Source of the DNA: the human T2T-CHM13v2.0 reference genome, Homo sapiens
DNA: 64,000 nucleotides
Strand: one strand, 5' to 3'
Assembly: GCF_009914755.1 (NCBI RefSeq)
Contig: NC_060927.1
Notes under the pieces: model-generated
What the model saw: the letters and a program-made list of their open reading frames with translations, nothing else
The model's database searches: none
Told to the model about the DNA's origin: nothing
Part shown: positions 1 to 14,990 of the stretch, one piece after another
Layout of the letters: every line of letters begins with the position of its first letter
How positions within the stretch are numbered: position 1 is the first letter of the stretch
Program-made: the position numbers and the translations under genes

Positions 1-1134
1 CACCAAAAGAAAAATGCACATATACAAAAGTGAACAGAATAGTATTCGTAAGGCTGGAGATTGAAAGAAAAGTGAAAAATTTGAAATATACTTCAGACCA
101 CTGTTATCATCATTGAAGTCTTCTATTTGCTAAGCCAACAGTGGAATGTCTGCTCTTTTTTATAAATGAACATTTGATTCAAAACCAACCTTAATGAATC
201 TAATATAGTCTGATGTGGCTTGAATATCATGGCATAAAAAAATGCAAAAATATTTCAGTTTTGGTGTACCTTTAATTAGACAATTGGCTACATAATAATG
301 ATGAGGTCTATTGCATGGTGTCTTTATAAACAATAAGATTGCTTGGGAAGGTATTTCCATTCATTTTGCACAGTGGAAAACTGAGGGGTGCTTTTCTTAC
401 TGTACATAATTACAAAGGGAAAAGGTTAGTATTGAAATTTAGGCCCTCAAGTTACTATTCTAGAAATCACTTTTCCCACTTCCACGCTATGCTTTTCTAA
501 GTGGAAAATTATTTTATTGTTTTTGAATTTCTGGGTGACTAATAATGTGTTTCAACACAAATTCTAAGATCACTTCAATGATTTATCTGTTTTTCCAAAG
601 ATGTGCTTAATTTAATGTCACATTGTATATTTATTATAGTCAATATGTTTCCTTATATCTCTAGAAAAAAATGCTCTTCGATATTTTGTTTTTATAAATA
701 TCATTTATGTTTTGCTTGAATTTCACATAGCAACTCATTTAATGTATTTTTTAATTTAATCATTAGATAAAGTAGATATGTTTCCCCTTAATGTGTTAAG
801 ATAATTATTTCACTGTAATTCACAATGATCGACTTGATGTGAAAAGTTGAGTGGTTGTTTAAGTGGAATAATTTTGACATTTAACAGCTACAGTATACTT
901 TCTTTATCCCAGAATAGCATGTCAGAGATTAATTTTAAAACAAATTTCCCTAATAATAGGAATAATGAATGAACAATTGAATCACCTGCATTTACTTTGC
1001 TTTTTCACCCTTAAGAACAACTAGTGCAAAATTTAGACTATGCCACAACTGATGTAGTTTCAAAAGATTTATTCTTTGTCAGTAAAGGCTCCAGTCCTAC
1101 ATTATACTTGAAAATGTTATAAAAATAATAAAAG

Positions 1135-1492
1135 GTAAAAAGTTCAAAGTACTGATACATGCTACATTGTGGGTGAATCTCAAAAACAGTATACTAAGAG
1201 AAAGATGCCAGTCATACAAGACCACGTATTGTAGCATTCCACTTTTGTTAAGCTTCAGAAAAGGCAAATCTACAGGGACTGAAAGAAAAATGGTTGCCAG
1301 AGGCTGGGCACAGGAATGGGGAGTAACTGTAAACGACTCAAAGTTTCTTTTGGGATGATGGAAATGTTCTAAAATAAGATCCTGATGATGGTTGCATGCC
1401 TCTGTAAATATACTAACAATCATTGAACTATACACTTAAAACAGGGGAATTTGATGGCATGTAAATTATATCTCAGTGAAGCTTTACAAAAA
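1135..1492 (+). mobile_element. Old L1M (MB/ME-type) 3' end
   Basis: gtactgatacatgctac...gatggaaatgttctaaaa...gtaaattatatctca is typical of an L1M 3'UTR. Confidence 0.7.
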
Positions 1493-2799
1493 TAGATGCA
1501 GGGCTACAAACAGCTTGAGTTAATTAAGACTGATTCTCAAAATAAAATAAAGTTTACATCATTTATGTATCAATACCATGTATGTTATTCTCCCAGATCT
1601 AATGGAGATACACTATAGAAGGAAGACCTGGCCCTGACTCTGAAATTTGCAATCAAACTAAAAATACCTATCAGCAAGCAGAAAACAGTATCCCACACAC
1701 TGAATACTTCAAGTGTTAAGTGAACATGGAGTAAAATGGAATCATTATTTTTGAAACAACGTAGGTTACATTCTTCATTATTCTTTCCTAAGACAAATGC
1801 CAGCCAGCCAATAGAATTTTCATCATCGCTTGGTTGTCAACAGAGTTACTGCTCATTGCAAGCCTAGACTCGAAGCTCTGCCAACATTTTCTGTTTGAAA
1901 AATCCTATGAAAAAAGGGGTGTGCATTTAACTTTTTATTCTCAGCATATAGTACAGTATTGGACACACAGAACACACTCAATTTAAAACATTGTCAGTAT
2001 AAATTATGACGAATTCACCATCTGCAGTGAATCAAACAGGCATGTTCAGAAGCCACAATTAAATAAGGCAGAACACAATGAATACTTGTACAAAATTTCA
2101 TCACAGCATTAAAAACAAAAATCCAAATTCATTCTGATGGGGCATGGGGGCGCACAGAGGAAGCGATGTCTGAATTGGGCCTTGAAGGATGAGTAGAGAA
2201 AAAGGATTTGTAAAAGTTTGCAAAAATAGGATCTACTTCATGTTGGTGCCCTTGAGATCCAAATCCAGAAATGGCAAATTGAAATTCTTCATTTTATTTC
2301 AAATGTCAAAATGTTCTAGAAAGTTACACAATAAATATCAAGGTTATCAAGACATACTCTGATCTTAGTTGTTTTGTAATGTAATATGATTGGATTGTGG
2401 AAAGAAAAGAATGTTTAGTTAAAATATGAGACGAGAATAAAGTGGCTGTGTCTTTTTTTTAATCTTCAGAAAAGTCTTCAGACCGTGGACAATGTGCTCT
2501 TTGCCCCTATTATGGAGAAAGGTGTTCCCTAGGTAAGTATCATCCTATGGGTCCAACCTTAAAAATGTCACAGGGGACAGAGAAACAAGTAACTTTTTCT
2601 TCTGACATTCACCTTTAGAGCATTGAATAGCTGCTTATTAGAGGACTTTAGAAAATATACTTTCTTCTAACCCAGTAAGATAATGAGCCAGCTCACCAGT
2701 AAAGATCTAGGCCTGCTCACACTAAGATATAAGTGGTTTGGAAGATTGAAAACTATTTCTGCATCATATAATTAAATTCAAAATTTTATAGGAACAAAC

Positions 2800-4085
2800 A
2801 CCGTATCATACAATTTTTTAGTATCTCTGTCCAAAATGTATAATCTGATTCTAATCATGAGGAAAGGCTGGGTGCGGTGGCTCATGCCTGTAACCCAGAG
2901 CAAAGGAGGCCAAGGTGGGTAAATCACTTTAGGCCAGGAGTTCAGGGCTGCAGTGAGCTATTAGCTCACCACTGCACTCCAGCTTGGGCAACAAAGTGAG
3001 ACCTTGTCTAAAAAAAATCATGAGGAAACATCCATCAAACTTAAATTAAGGGACATTCCAAAATAATAATCAGCCTGTATTTTGTCAAGAAATATTTCTT
3101 CAATGGTGTGAACGACAAAGAAAAACTGTGAAACGGTTCCAGACTAACATGAACCTGGAGGACATTATGCTAAGTGAAATAGGCCAGGCACAGAAAGAAA
3201 AACACTCCATGATCTCCACTATATGTGGAATGGAAAAAGCTGAAATCGAAGCAGACTAGAGTAGAATGGTGATAACTAAGGTCTGCAGCGGGGAGGGTAG
3301 GTAGAACAGATAGATGTTCGTCAAAGGGTACATAATTTCAGTTAGATATTGCTAAAATGTTCTCACCACAAAAAATGATAAGGATATAGGTGATAGATAT
3401 GTTAATTAGCTTGATTTAATAATTTAAAGCTGTATAATGTGGCAAAACATAACATGTACATGATAAATACATACAATTTTTATTTGTCCATTATACTCTA
3501 ATAAAGCTGCACAGGTGGTGGGAGGAAGAAGCAGACTAAAGAGATAAAAAATAAATAAATAAAATGAATGATCCTGGCCTGGATCCCAGACCGGAAAATA
3601 AGATTGGTATAGAGGACAATTGGTGGTGGCCTCTCCCAGCCCTATCTAGAGGAATGAAGCCTGTGAAAACCCCTTAGAGACAAGTCCTCTCTCCAGCTCT
3701 GGTCCTCACCTCAACTCCCCCTCCAAGGGGGTGGCAGGAAGGATAATTTGTAAAATGTAAATAAAGTCTGTAGATTAGAAAATAGTAGGCATCAACGTTA
3801 AACTTCCCAATTCTGATAATTGTGCTATGGTGTCCTAAGATAATTTCCTTAGTTTTAGCAGGTATTTAGAGTTAAAAGGGCATGATGTTTATAACTTACT
3901 CTCATATGGTTTGCAAATGACATAATAATAATATGTATATATGCAAACAAACACATACAGAGAATGAGAAAAGAAATATGGTAAAATGTTAACAATTGGT
4001 GAATCCAGGTGAGGGGTATGGGAATTATTTGCACTATTACAACTTTTTGGTAAACCTGAGATTAATTTAGAACAAAATATAAAAA
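2800..4085 (+). mobile_element. Composite old L1M relics (L1MA-like piece about 3145-3510 inside L1MC/ME-like sequence)
   Basis: catgaacctggaggacattatgctaagtgaaat...tgttctcaccacaaaaaatgataa; gtaaaatgttaacaattggtgaat. Confidence 0.6.
2866..3015 (+). mobile_element. Alu monomer (FAM/FRAM-like)
   Basis: Single-arm Alu with TSD aatcatgaggaaa at 2853-2865 and 3016-3028. Confidence 0.85.
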
Positions 4086-6426
4086 GGAATTTATAGGTCT
4101 GCCTGAGGAGCTCTTCCAAGAAAACGTACAATTTACTCAACCTTGAAGACTTAGTGGTCCTTTGCCACCAATTTTATTTTTCCACTTCAACTCTTAGAAA
4201 CAGAATCCAACTCAGAAAGTAAGCAGATTTTCAATAAAACAAGTAATAACAAATAGCTTTTGATTCATTAAAAAAGGGGGTCAGATTGATTTGCATAATT
4301 TTATTTTTTAGTAGTGATCACCAGGCTTATATTCCTGATATCAAAAAGTCTTAAAAAAATCATAGAACGGGCATTCATTTCTTTTTTTGGGAGAACAAAT
4401 AAGACTCAAGCATAGAATGATCGCTTCAAAGGAAATTTAAGAATGAGCATGTCGTGTGTAAGATAACAAGGAAAAGGTAACAAGAAAGAAATTCCCTATG
4501 TTTTGTCTTAAATATTAAGTGGGATGAACCCATTGCAGATACCTGTTTCCCTGGAAACCCATTCAATTGAAATTGCTGCAAAAATTAACATGTATTATTT
4601 TTCCCTTAAAGGGCAGTAGCTTCTTTTACTTACACAGTTTTGACCTTTAGTTTTATATCTTAGTCTTATTATAAGAAGTTATTTCCAGAACTAGGCAAAC
4701 AAAGAGCTGAATACATATCTTTTCATTAGTCCTGAGGCTTAACTAAAATAGTATGGCCTTTATAGCTGTACTAGATGTCTGAGGCAACTATGGGTGGTTG
4801 GGGTACAATCTGCAAGTCATAGAATATTGCAGTCTAGACTAATAAACCATCAACCCACACATGATATTCTGACTCAAATGCCAAGTGTCTTTATCATATA
4901 GACAATTGAGTTAAACAGTCACATATGCAGCACAGCTCTGTATTTTAAAAGGCAGTAAAGTTGAATAAAGTCAAGTCCCTTATATAAGCCCATACTGACA
5001 AATGTCATGGGGACAGAGGTTCACAATATATAATAATCCTATGTCAGGTCAGTGCCATGGAGAATAGCTCTGGACCTTGGAGAATTTCTGACTCTAATCT
5101 TACTTGAAAAGCTCAGCTGTTTCTGAATTTCTGGGACCCGGGCAGTGTGGATAGAGGCTCATATTTATTCCAGTTCAATCAAGAAGGCTGAACTGGCCAA
5201 GACCTGAAAGACCAATCTGTAAATACAACTCACAGAATTAGCCACAGAATAGAATAACTGGAGAGATAAACCAGCCCTATGCCAGGGCAGGTTGTAAGCA
5301 CAGGTGATACGGTTCCCCCATGTATGTGCTTCCTAGACTGCAATGCCACTATCAGAGGCTACCTTTGGCATGAGGTCGCTGCATCTCCAGGAGTACTCAA
5401 AACTCAAAGCCTCCCTGCCCTGGAGAGGTAAGGATGTAAGTCAGTACTGGTCACCAACACCTTCAGGGGAATAAGTTTTTTTTATGGAAAATGAGAATGT
5501 TTTCAGAATGTGAAGAGGGAAGAAGCCTAGACTTCGTAGAGACTGAAAATGGGTTTGGATAGCCTGAAGACTCCTATTTTCCTGGGAAAAAGATATCCTC
5601 AAGGGAAGTAAGGACACTGAAAGAGATGGTTTAAGGCAACTGATTTCCCAACTTATCCTGGAACTGGTCTTATGTTTTCATGATGATCATAGCTTGTTTT
5701 AGGGGGCTGGTAATGATTTAATATATTTTTCCTTGTCTTCCCCACAAGGGAAAATATGATTATCATATTGGAGGGCCACTTTAAAAATGGAGTGTAGATT
5801 CATCTATTTGATTTCTTTGTGGTCAGTTAATCTCTGACTACATTCTTTGTTGGAGAGAATTATTGATTTAGCCAAGGTTAAATAGCTGGTAAGCGTCAAA
5901 GCCAAGAACCAATGGTCATCTGTTCTAAACATTCTCCTATGTGTTTACTAAGTGCTGGGCAAAATCCCTAAGATACGATGCAGCAGGCCAGCTGTGTAAG
6001 GTGAGGCCTTTGGGGATATCTTGATAGCCTATGATCATTACGTCATTCACACATTTGTCTAGATTTGGCTGGAAACTCTTTGTAGTTTAAACCTACGCTC
6101 AGGGTCAGCCCTTGACAAACAGTGAGATAGGTGACATTTGTCTTTAGAGCCTTGACAATGAAGTGAGTGCTGCTCACAACCTGACAAGCTGCACAGTATT
6201 ACTTGTTACTTGGCAGTCCTGCTCCTTATTATTATTCTTTTCCTTCTCTCTTATCCCTTGCTATCCTTACCCTGTTCATGGCCTCCTTCTAGTCCCATTC
6301 TTTCCATTGTCTTTATTGGACCCTGCCAAGAGTAAAAGGAATCTTATCCAATTCATCCATTTGGAGAAGCTAATGACTTGATAAGATATTCAGCCAGTAA
6401 GTTTGCGTTTTGAAAGACCACAGTGG

Positions 6427-6784
<358 letters not shown>

Positions 6785-7119
6785 TCAGGGCAACTTGTAG
6801 GAGATGTCCTGGGGAAGGGAAAGACTGAATTCCAGTGATCACCTACGATGTCTTTGTAAGGCTGACCCTCCCAATAATACCTTTCCAACTTCAGTGCTAG
6901 GTACATTAGCAATCCACTTGTATCTGATTTTGTCTGAAAACTACCTGATGGAAGAGTCAAGGGATTTGGCTATTACATCTGTTCTGCCTGCGTCCGTAAT
7001 ATTCCTGGCTTTAGAAACTTCAATCCTGCCAGCCACAATATAGTGATTATTCTGACGTGGGCATTCTGCATTCCTAATGTCCAATGTGGTTCTCATAGTC
7101 TTTCTGGCTCATTGTAAGA

Positions 7120-7300
7120 AAAATAACTCCCATCTATTGAGCACTCACTGTGTCCCATGAGATCATTTAAGAGCTTGTTTCTTTCCACAATTCTGTGAAA
7201 GAGGGTCCACATTTTACAGACGAGAAAACTGAGGCTCAAACAAAGTGACTTGCCCAAGTTTCAATGGCTGGTAAATGGCAGCACCAGAATATGACCTCGG
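7120..7300 (-). mobile_element. MIR
   Basis: attttacagacgagaaaactgaggctca...gtgacttgcccaag core. Confidence 0.7.
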
Positions 7301-7842
7301 ACTGTATAAGTAGATACGTGCTGACCTCTACTGCTCCCATCACAGCAAGTCTGACCACCCTGCATCTTTACCTGACAGTAGAGCAGTATTTCCTCTGCAG
7401 TTTCAAATTCTTTCCTTTGGGTCTGGAATGTTCTTACCCTTTAAAGTCATAGGGGATTATAACTGTAGAGAGCTCTGACCCTGGGGCCAGATTGCCTGAG
7501 TTAGAATTCCAGTTCAGCTACTTCATTTTCCCCTTGATTTCTTATTTAAAGTTTTAAATTTTAAAAGAGTCTGAGAAAAAAAATACTTTGGTTGTTGCTA
7601 TGGACTTTTTTTTCAACTGTTTATGCCTCTACTAGAGCTGTGCACATGATGTTTTGTTTGGCGTCCCTTCATTTATTTTTATATAGTTCAATGTATTTCA
7701 AGGTCAGAAAGGGTGGCAAAAACTGGAGGAGGTGGGCACAAGGCTAAGAGGTGTGTTTATATTCTAAGAACAGTTATCATTGTTTAGTCTCTCCTAAGTG
7801 TCAGGCACTATGTTGGGGGCTTTATACATATTATCTTTCATC

Positions 7843-8179
7843 TTTTTTCTTTTCTTCTTTTTCTTTTTTCTTTTCTTTTTTTTTTTTTTTTGAGACAGAG
7901 TCTCACTCTGTCGCCCAGGCTGGAGTGCAATGGCGCTATCTTGGCTCACTGCAACCTCTGCCTCCTGGGTTCCAAGCGCTTCTCCTGCCTCGGCCTCCTG
8001 AGTAGCTGGGATTACAGGCACACGCCACCATCCCCAGCTAATTTTTTTTTGTATTTTTTGTAGAGACAGGGTTTCATCATGTTGGCCAGGCTGGTCTTGA
8101 AACTCCTGACCTCAAGTGATCCACCTGCCTCGGCCTCCCAAAGTGTTGGGATTACAGGTGTGAGCGACGGCGCCTGGCC
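7843..8179 (-). mobile_element. AluS-like
   Basis: Poly-T followed by a reverse-complement Alu dimer; ctttcatcttttt on both flanks. Confidence 0.92.
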
Positions 8180-11170
8180 TTTCATCTTTTTTTTTTTTTT
8201 TTTTAAATTAAATCCTTCATTGAAATATCTTTCATCTTTACAACAAATCTGAAAGCTAGATATTATTCCTCTGTTTAAAACTAAATGGACTGAGGGTTAC
8301 AGAGGTTAAAAAATTTTCCCTGAGCTGATGATTTAAAGAGCAAGAAATAAACTGAAGCCTAACTGTAAAGCATATGATAATAACATTAAACAAATTTATG
8401 CACATCATTATTCATTAATACATTCATTAATATTTATTAATACGTTCTTGTAAAGATTTTTGAATGTGGTTGCATATGGAGTTAATCCTTCTTATTCCGC
8501 CCTTTTCTAAGGTATCTACTGAAACAAGTTTGATGTATATCTGGGAACTTTTTTCTGTGCACATTTGTAAACACACAATTATATAGACTTTTAACGTTAT
8601 AAATGGGATTACACTATTCTTAATGCATGCTTACTTTCAATAAGTATTCCTAAAATCACTTCTTTTAAAAAAGCCTGTTTTTAATTTTTCTGGTGAATGC
8701 TTTGGATGTACCACAATTTATTGGAACATTCCCCAGTGGACAGACATTTAGATCGCTTCCAGTTTATCAGTAACAAAAAACAAAGATGCAAAGAACATGT
8801 TTGAACAGACTTGTGCCCTGTGTAAGTATTTCCCTGGGACAGAGTATGATGAGAGGTATGGTTGGGTACGTCTGCATCCTTTGGCGTGACAGACACTGTT
8901 CAGTTGGCCTTGGAAAGCGTGGGGTGGTCCATCCTCTGCTCTGTGTGCATCTCAACGAAAACTGAAGTTAGATGAACCAGGGCCTTGAATTTCTGATATC
9001 TACCTCCCTTTGACATTGCTGTTTCCAGTTTTTTGTTTTTTCTTCCCTCCAATCTCGTGAGTAGCTTTTCTCCCCCTTGGCTTTCTATTTCTGTCTGCCC
9101 CAGTATACGTATGGGGTACTCGTCCCTGCCTTTGAAGTATCAAATCACACAGCTATCTGACATATGCCCACAGTGGGGAGAGAGCCATCGTTCTCATGTT
9201 GATTGCTAAGGTTCCCAGAGTGCCCTTGAGGTATAAGAATCACTGGCACTCTCAGTTGGGACTGCAGATCCTGATGTATGATGAGTGGGGCAGAGTAGAG
9301 AGCAGAGATGGATGGAGCAGATGGTAGTACTGGCGGAAGGGCACAAGCTTTTTAATCCTCCACCTTTTAAAATACTCATTCACCTGGAGATGCCCTTGTA
9401 TTTTACTTAAGGACAAAGATAGCAATCATCTGCTGAAAATGTGAATGTCTAACATGAAGGATTATAATGCACACAATGACTTGCATTTATGTCTCCAACT
9501 TTTAAGACACTTTGTTATTTTGGTAAATGAGAATGGCACATCATTTGAAATTGTCATCACTGATTTGATTCATTTTTTTTGTCTTTATGAAGAGCATGAA
9601 TTAATAGTTTTCCCCTTTGCTGACATAAGATATTGTTTAAAAAATTACTTTAACTTGTCTAAATCTTGAGGACTGGTTTAATAAAGTATGATACATCTAT
9701 AAAGAAGAATAATCTATAGCCAATGAAAGTCAGGACTCAGAATATTTAATGACATGGGAAAATGTTCATGATATATTGCTAGGCATTAAAAGCTGGTTAA
9801 AATGGTATGCCTAGTATGATCCCAGGTTTATAAAAAATACACATGCACAGAGAAAAGACTGAAATGTAATAAGAATGTGCAGTGCTTACCCTTGGGGAAT
9901 AGAACTTCAACTGATTTTAAAACATTATTTGCAATTTTAAAAATTTGTAGAAATTTTTTTTCTACCATGAACATATATAGGCTTTTATAATGAGAGGAAG
10001 TAACTTGTTCTTAAAATTATTTTAACTGATTCCCTCTTGCCTTCCTGGGTATCTGAGAATCAGTTTTAAAAATATTAAGCACAGAGACATTTCTGTGAGA
10101 TCACTGATGGCTGCTCTCCTTTTTCTGAGTCCACCAGGGAGGTGGGTGAGTCCCTGCCTTGTTTCTCCCCTTGGGTTTCACTGTTTCAGGGAGGTCCCTG
10201 ATTGACATAAAAGTGTAAAGGCCTGACTGCCTGGGTTCAGCAGGGCTGGTTAGGTCCAGCTCCAGGGATCCATGCATCCGTCTAGAGCCCATCCTTGTGG
10301 GACTGGGGAGACCCTGTGGTTCCCAGAGAGAAGTACAGTAGGGCATGAGAGGGTAGAGGGGTGAAGCCTTGTAAGACTTCAGGGGAGGATCAGGGCCCCA
10401 GTCAAACAGTGTGGGGTTCTCAGAAGGGCTCAAGTCCCAGGGTGATCTGTTATTAGGCAGTGACTAAGCAGACCTTCCAGCTGGCAATTGAGATAAGCTA
10501 GGCCCAAAGACAGGCCCAACCAAGAATGGAGGGACTCAAGTGGCTCCCCACGTGCAGTCAGGGAAGGGAAGAAAAATGCACATTTCCTAAGTGCCCACCA
10601 GGTGGCAGACCCTTTCCTGTGCAACGAGTTGAAGAGTATTTTCAAGCTCGTCATGATACCCAGGTATTAAGAATCTGCACTGGGCTGGCAAGAACATAGA
10701 AGGCTGGGCCCCTCTCTAGAGATTCACTAGTCTGGGTGGGGCCTGAGAATCTTATTTCTACCAAGCTCCAGGTTCTCCTAGTGCCACTGATTGGTACTAC
10801 CACACTTTCAGTAGCACTGGATATATCGTCTCAGACTGGGAAGGGAGGAGGAGGACAAGGAGTAGGATGTGGTCCTTATGGCTGAGCAATTGGTTCAAAT
10901 TGTGATTAAAGTGCCAAGGAAGTGTGGCATGGAAAGAGCGGGTGTGGGTGGGTGGGGTGAGTTGCAGAAGGGAATGGGTCACTTGCTCCTGGTTAAAATA
11001 GCCTCTGATACTCCAGCAGATTCAACAGAGATCTGTTGTGAGATCTGCAACAGAATGTAAGGGCTCTTCCATAGCTCTCATTCTAATTAAATGTGTTACC
11101 AATTAATTCACTTAGGATGCTTACAGCAGACAGAAGCATAGGTATATGCAGGTTAAAATAAAAGCAGTAA

Positions 11171-11549
<379 letters not shown>

Positions 11550-13249
11550 CTATCAACTATTTGAAGTGAAAGACTATTTTAAAAATCTGGTCCATTATGG
11601 AGCAATACATGGTTCTACTGCACAGGACTTTTACATAGTTCAAACCACATGTGACTGACCAGGCAAGTTTGACAATCCCCAACTAACTGTCTATATCCTG
11701 TTCAGTGAAATGAATTCACTGATCATGCATTTGGATGCCAGTGGCAATGTCAAACTGCTATAAAAGTTCCTAAAGCTTACTCTCAGTTTCTGTATTTGCA
11801 TCAATAGAAATGGTAATAACCACTTTGCAGAAGAGTGCCAGTCCCCAAACCACGCTTAGAAGTGCACTGGTCTAGCCTGGCTAGATGACTGATCTGGCAG
11901 ATGGGCTCACTGCACAGCTTCAAGGAAGTCAATTTGTTCTTTGGATCCTGTTGTGCAGAATTAACTTTTGTATCCTCAGGACTATTTTGTTCGTATCATT
12001 TCTACATGGGGTCCTTGGAATAGGGCTAGTTGGATGTCCTTTTGGCCCTGCTGCCATTTTCTTATGCTTGGACATCAAGGGCAATATCCTGTATACAGTA
12101 GGCACTCAATAAACACCGATGAGTGAATGCATAGATTACTAGCCCAAGACTGAGATGTCAAGCATTCTTGTGGGATACACAGCCATCTAGGAAATAAATG
12201 CCCAACATGGATGAACATCAAAATATAACTCTCTTCATAGTAACTATATAGAGCTGACAAGCAGAGCAGATGGAGAACCAACTCTATAAGGAAAGACTGT
12301 ATAATCTTGTTGCTGTCCTGGACTCACTGCTGCCTCACTCAACACATGTGCCCATTTTGAATGAATGGTATTTATAAGTTTCTTGGACCAAGATGACACA
12401 GGTTTCCTGGTGGCATTTTTATGCTGAACCAAGGCATTGCCTCATGCCTATGTCAAGGTGGACCCTGGTGGTTACTCTGGAAAACATGGGAGAGTTATTT
12501 TAGCTGTTTTCCTGTTAATATTAGGATCTTGAGGAAGGACTTTAATAATTTAATTATATTTTCTCATTACATCTCTGACTTTCAGTGAAAAAGAGTTGAA
12601 TGAATGCAAAATAAATTATCAACTCTAACGTCCCTGAAGCCTCATGTCCTACCCCACATCTATCTGAAATTCTCCTCTTGCTTCATTTCTTACCAGGCTC
12701 ACAGCATAGTTCAAAGTATTTATATGACTTAATAATGCATACCTAATAATAAGGATCACAATAATAATGACAGTTGCTATTCAGAGAGCACTATAAGTCA
12801 GGTACTTTGCTAAATGCTTAAATACATCATCTTATTTAATTGTATTAACAATCTTATAAGTTTGCTCAAGGACAGAAAGTAGAAAGGCTAGGATTCTAGC
12901 TCAAATAGATCAGTCTCAAATATTTGTGGTCTTAACCACTCTACTAAGCATCTTGTATTCAAACAGAGACTGTTTCCTTTTGCTTTTAAGATGCATAGAT
13001 TTATTTTAAATGATTGATAGAGACATAGATGGACTCTATGAATGAATAAATGAATGAATATTGGTATCAATTGTGAGTGAATCAAATTGGGTTTATGACA
13101 TTATTAGATCACAAGGATGCTAGAGTTTTCTGTTGGCGTTTCACCGTAAACTGACATGGTTTTAGTGCCAGCCCATACAATGTTGAGATACAATCTGGCC
13201 ACATACGCTAAGAGTAAATCTCAATTGTATTGCAAACAAATGTATTTTG

Positions 13250-13363
13250 CGCACGCACACACGTGCACACACACACACATACGTCCTACATCCTGACTCC
13301 TTTGAAAAACTTTATTTTGCTTTTTTTTCTATATAGCCCTTTCAATTTCTCAGATCTCCTCAA

Positions 13364-13389
<26 letters not shown>
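13250..13389. repeat. (CA)n and (TA)n microsatellites
   Basis: CA-rich run at about 13250-13280; (TA)n at about 13364-13389. Confidence 0.9.
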
Positions 13390-13395
<6 letters not shown>

Positions 13396-14516
13396 AAGAG
13401 AGTCCAAATACAAACCTTTCCAAAGGGACATGTATAGTTTTGACTGCACTCAAATCAGAGCTCAGAACACTATTTCACTATTACTTTTGAATAACTCTAT
13501 TTCCAACTGAAACACTCAATTTCCCAGGTAAACTGGTAATTCCCAGGAGCTTTCAAAGCATTTTCAGAAAACCTAAAAGACCAGTTCTTTTATATGAAGG
13601 ATAAATATAATCATGTGTATATGTTCAAAGTAGAGCAGCTGTGTAAGTCCTTCATGCCTTGTAAATGGGAGTCTTTGCAAACTTTATTATGTTTTGGTAT
13701 ATGATTGTGAGATTTTCAAAACACAATTTAAAACTTTACCATGAGTCACAATCCTCAAAGAAAAACTAAATAGACCCCCCCTTTTCTTTTAAAAAAGAAA
13801 AACCACTAAACTGAAAAAGAATGGGAAATTAAATGAACTTAGACATTTAAAGATGCAAATTGATCTCTTGGACATTGAAAGACACAAATTGATTTAAGAA
13901 GCAAAGATTTTGGGGAGCCCTAAGACAATAAAGCGATCAGCACAAAGACATCTGTCAGGGTGGAGGCGACCTGAGGTAAAGAACAGTTAAATCTAATGCA
14001 ATCAGGAACTTAGGCCAGTTTAATGTTTTTTTTGCCTTATGAGCTGACAACCTCCTAACACCATAATCTCTCCTTTCAGGATGATGACACAAGGATTTAA
14101 TGAGTAGAAGACAACAACTTAAAACCTCTCATTTGAGCATGAATTGTCTAGGTTAAAGGTAGGCATTGAGATCCCATTAGCTACTGGCACACTTGGGAAA
14201 AGAAATGTACACATGCACAGACACACTTTAAAGCAAGACTTCATAAAAATACAGCGATGCCTGTTTCTACTCAGACCCAAAAATGGAATTAAAGCCAAAA
14301 CTTACAACCCCTCTACTAATTAGAGAAGTAAAAATGTCTTCACCCCAAGTGTCCCAGCACAACGTGAAACCGAAACAAGCTGCCTTTCTTTGGATTCCAC
14401 TTATTTATTTATGTTTAAAAGAATATTTGAAGAAAAGGACGCCTAGTAAAAGAACAGTTGGAGAAAACATGGGACACCATACATTGGAAGAGAAATGTAG
14501 ATGAAGTACACAGCTA

Positions 14517-14990
<474 letters not shown>
